This document shows, piece by piece, positions 63,228-64,000 of a stretch of DNA of 64,000 nt. Both the position numbers and the translations under genes were made by a program. Every line of letters starts with the position of its first letter. The stretch's first letter is position 1. The stretch is from Anaerolineales bacterium. Lineage in GTDB: Bacteria > Chloroflexota > Anaerolineae > Anaerolineales > E44-bin32. Below the pieces are notes generated by a model. It did not search any database. It was not told the DNA's origin and saw only the letters and a program-made list of their open reading frames with translations. Location: the NCBI GenBank assembly GCA_037382465.1, contig JARRPX010000004.1, forward strand, positions 76,204 through 140,203, in the 5' to 3' direction.

Positions 63228-64000
63228 ATGATAGCCAGCGATCCGAGGGCCATGCTGATGGCGCAGCTCCAACCTTGGCACGATGCCATTTCCGATCCGG
63301 TGGGCGCACAGCAGAACGTATTGCATCGTTTGCTGCAGGATTACGCCAAGACGAAATACGGCGCAGAACACGGCGCCTTACAGGTCGATTCCATCGAAAC
63401 ATACCGCCAGGCGTTTCCCATCATGACCTATGAAGAATTCAAGCCGCTGATCGACCGCGTCATGGCGGGTGAAATGGATCTCTTACTGGCGGAACCGCCC
63501 ATCGGCTGGGCGATCACTCGCGGCACCACCGCCGGAGAGTCGAAATTCATCCCCATGACCCCGACCGACCTGGCGATGCGGGTCGCCGCCGGCCGCGCTA
63601 TGATGAACTACGTCTTGGAGAGCGGCCGTTTCGATCTCTTCCAGGGCGTCAATCTCAACTTGAACTTTCCATCCTACGTCGGCACGGTCAAGGTCGGCGA
63701 TCGGGAGCTGGCCTACGGCTACAGCTCCGGGATATATACCAAATTCGTCTCGGAGAAAACCCCCATCCATTCGATGCCCACACAAGATGAGATCGATGCA
63801 CTCGGAGGCGGAAAGACGATACGCGACTGGGAAGCGCGTTTCGAGCTGGCCTACCAACAATGCAAGGATGAAAACGTTACTCTCGTGGGTGGAGTCGCGC
63901 CGACGGCTTTACGTTTTGCACGCTACCTACGGAAAAAACACAAAGTGTATCCGAAGAAACTGTGGAAAACGCAAATCATGACCCTCGGCAGCGTTCCAGG
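63228..64000 (+). CDS. GH3-family (acyl-acid amido synthetase-like, ANL superfamily) protein; C-terminus runs off the right edge
   Basis: My own translation from ATG 63228 (after GGAGGAG) gives MIASDPRAMLMAQLQPWHDAISDPVGAQQNVLHRLLQDYAKTKYGAEHG...FPIMTYEEFKPLIDRVMAGE...WAITRGTTAGESKFIPMT...YGYSSGIYT.... It is not in the ORF track because it is open at the window end. Confidence 0.8.
   Translation, partial: MIASDPRAMLMAQLQPWHDAISDPVGAQQNVLHRLLQDYAKTKYGAEHGALQVDSIETYRQAFPIMTYEEFKPLIDRVMAGEMDLLLAEPPIGWAITRGTTAGESKFIPMTPTDLAMRVAAGRAMMNYVLESGRFDLFQGVNLNLNFPSYVGTVKVGDRELAYGYSSGIYTKFVSEKTPIHSMPTQDEIDALGGGKTIRDWEARFELAYQQCKDENVTLVGGVAPTALRFARYLRKKHKVYPKKLWKTQIMTLGSVP

Overview
This is a 64-kb window of fairly GC-rich bacterial DNA. 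Gene content and the many Pro/Thr-rich linkers suggest a Chloroflexota/Anaerolineae-like organism, but that is inference only. I support about 45 protein-coding genes. I found no rRNA, tRNA, CRISPR array, integrase or active transposase. Most of the window is housekeeping: uvrA, polA, miaB, queG, der, lepB, deoC, cdaA-cdaR, comEC, a gltD-like oxidoreductase, an xylFGH-like sugar ABC operon and a MacAB/HlyD-type efflux operon. Three regions are not ordinary. (1) 28.9-42.7 kb holds four tandem ~900-aa paralogs. Each has a signal peptide, a CSLREA-motif right-handed beta-helix ectodomain, an internal two-helix TM hairpin with a basic loop, and a conserved 8-cysteine C-terminal module. They are followed by two paralogous NBR1-Ig-like lipoprotein genes, each with its own conserved promoter and terminator. 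This is my best candidate for an undescribed cell-surface system. (2) 42.8-44.5 kb, directly upstream of polA, encodes one protein that fuses a receiver domain, a Roadblock/LC7-like domain, two 44-aa acidic repeats and an IS200/IS605 TnpA-like domain. That last domain has lost both HUH histidines and the catalytic tyrosine. (3) 8.3-13.9 kb holds a second sugar-type ABC transporter whose parts look N-terminally trimmed. It sits divergent to a REC-HTH-REC regulator, an ABC nucleotide-binding domain cut right after Walker B, and a soluble HisKA_3 kinase whose N-terminus still carries the motif that normally ends an ABC domain. Smaller items include a C8 homopolymer frameshift, a 31-bp motif shared upstream of both sugar operons, an SOS-box-like site at uvrA, a CRP/FNR-like site, an operator-like palindrome and several terminators. 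All domain calls come from reading the translations by eye. No database search was run.
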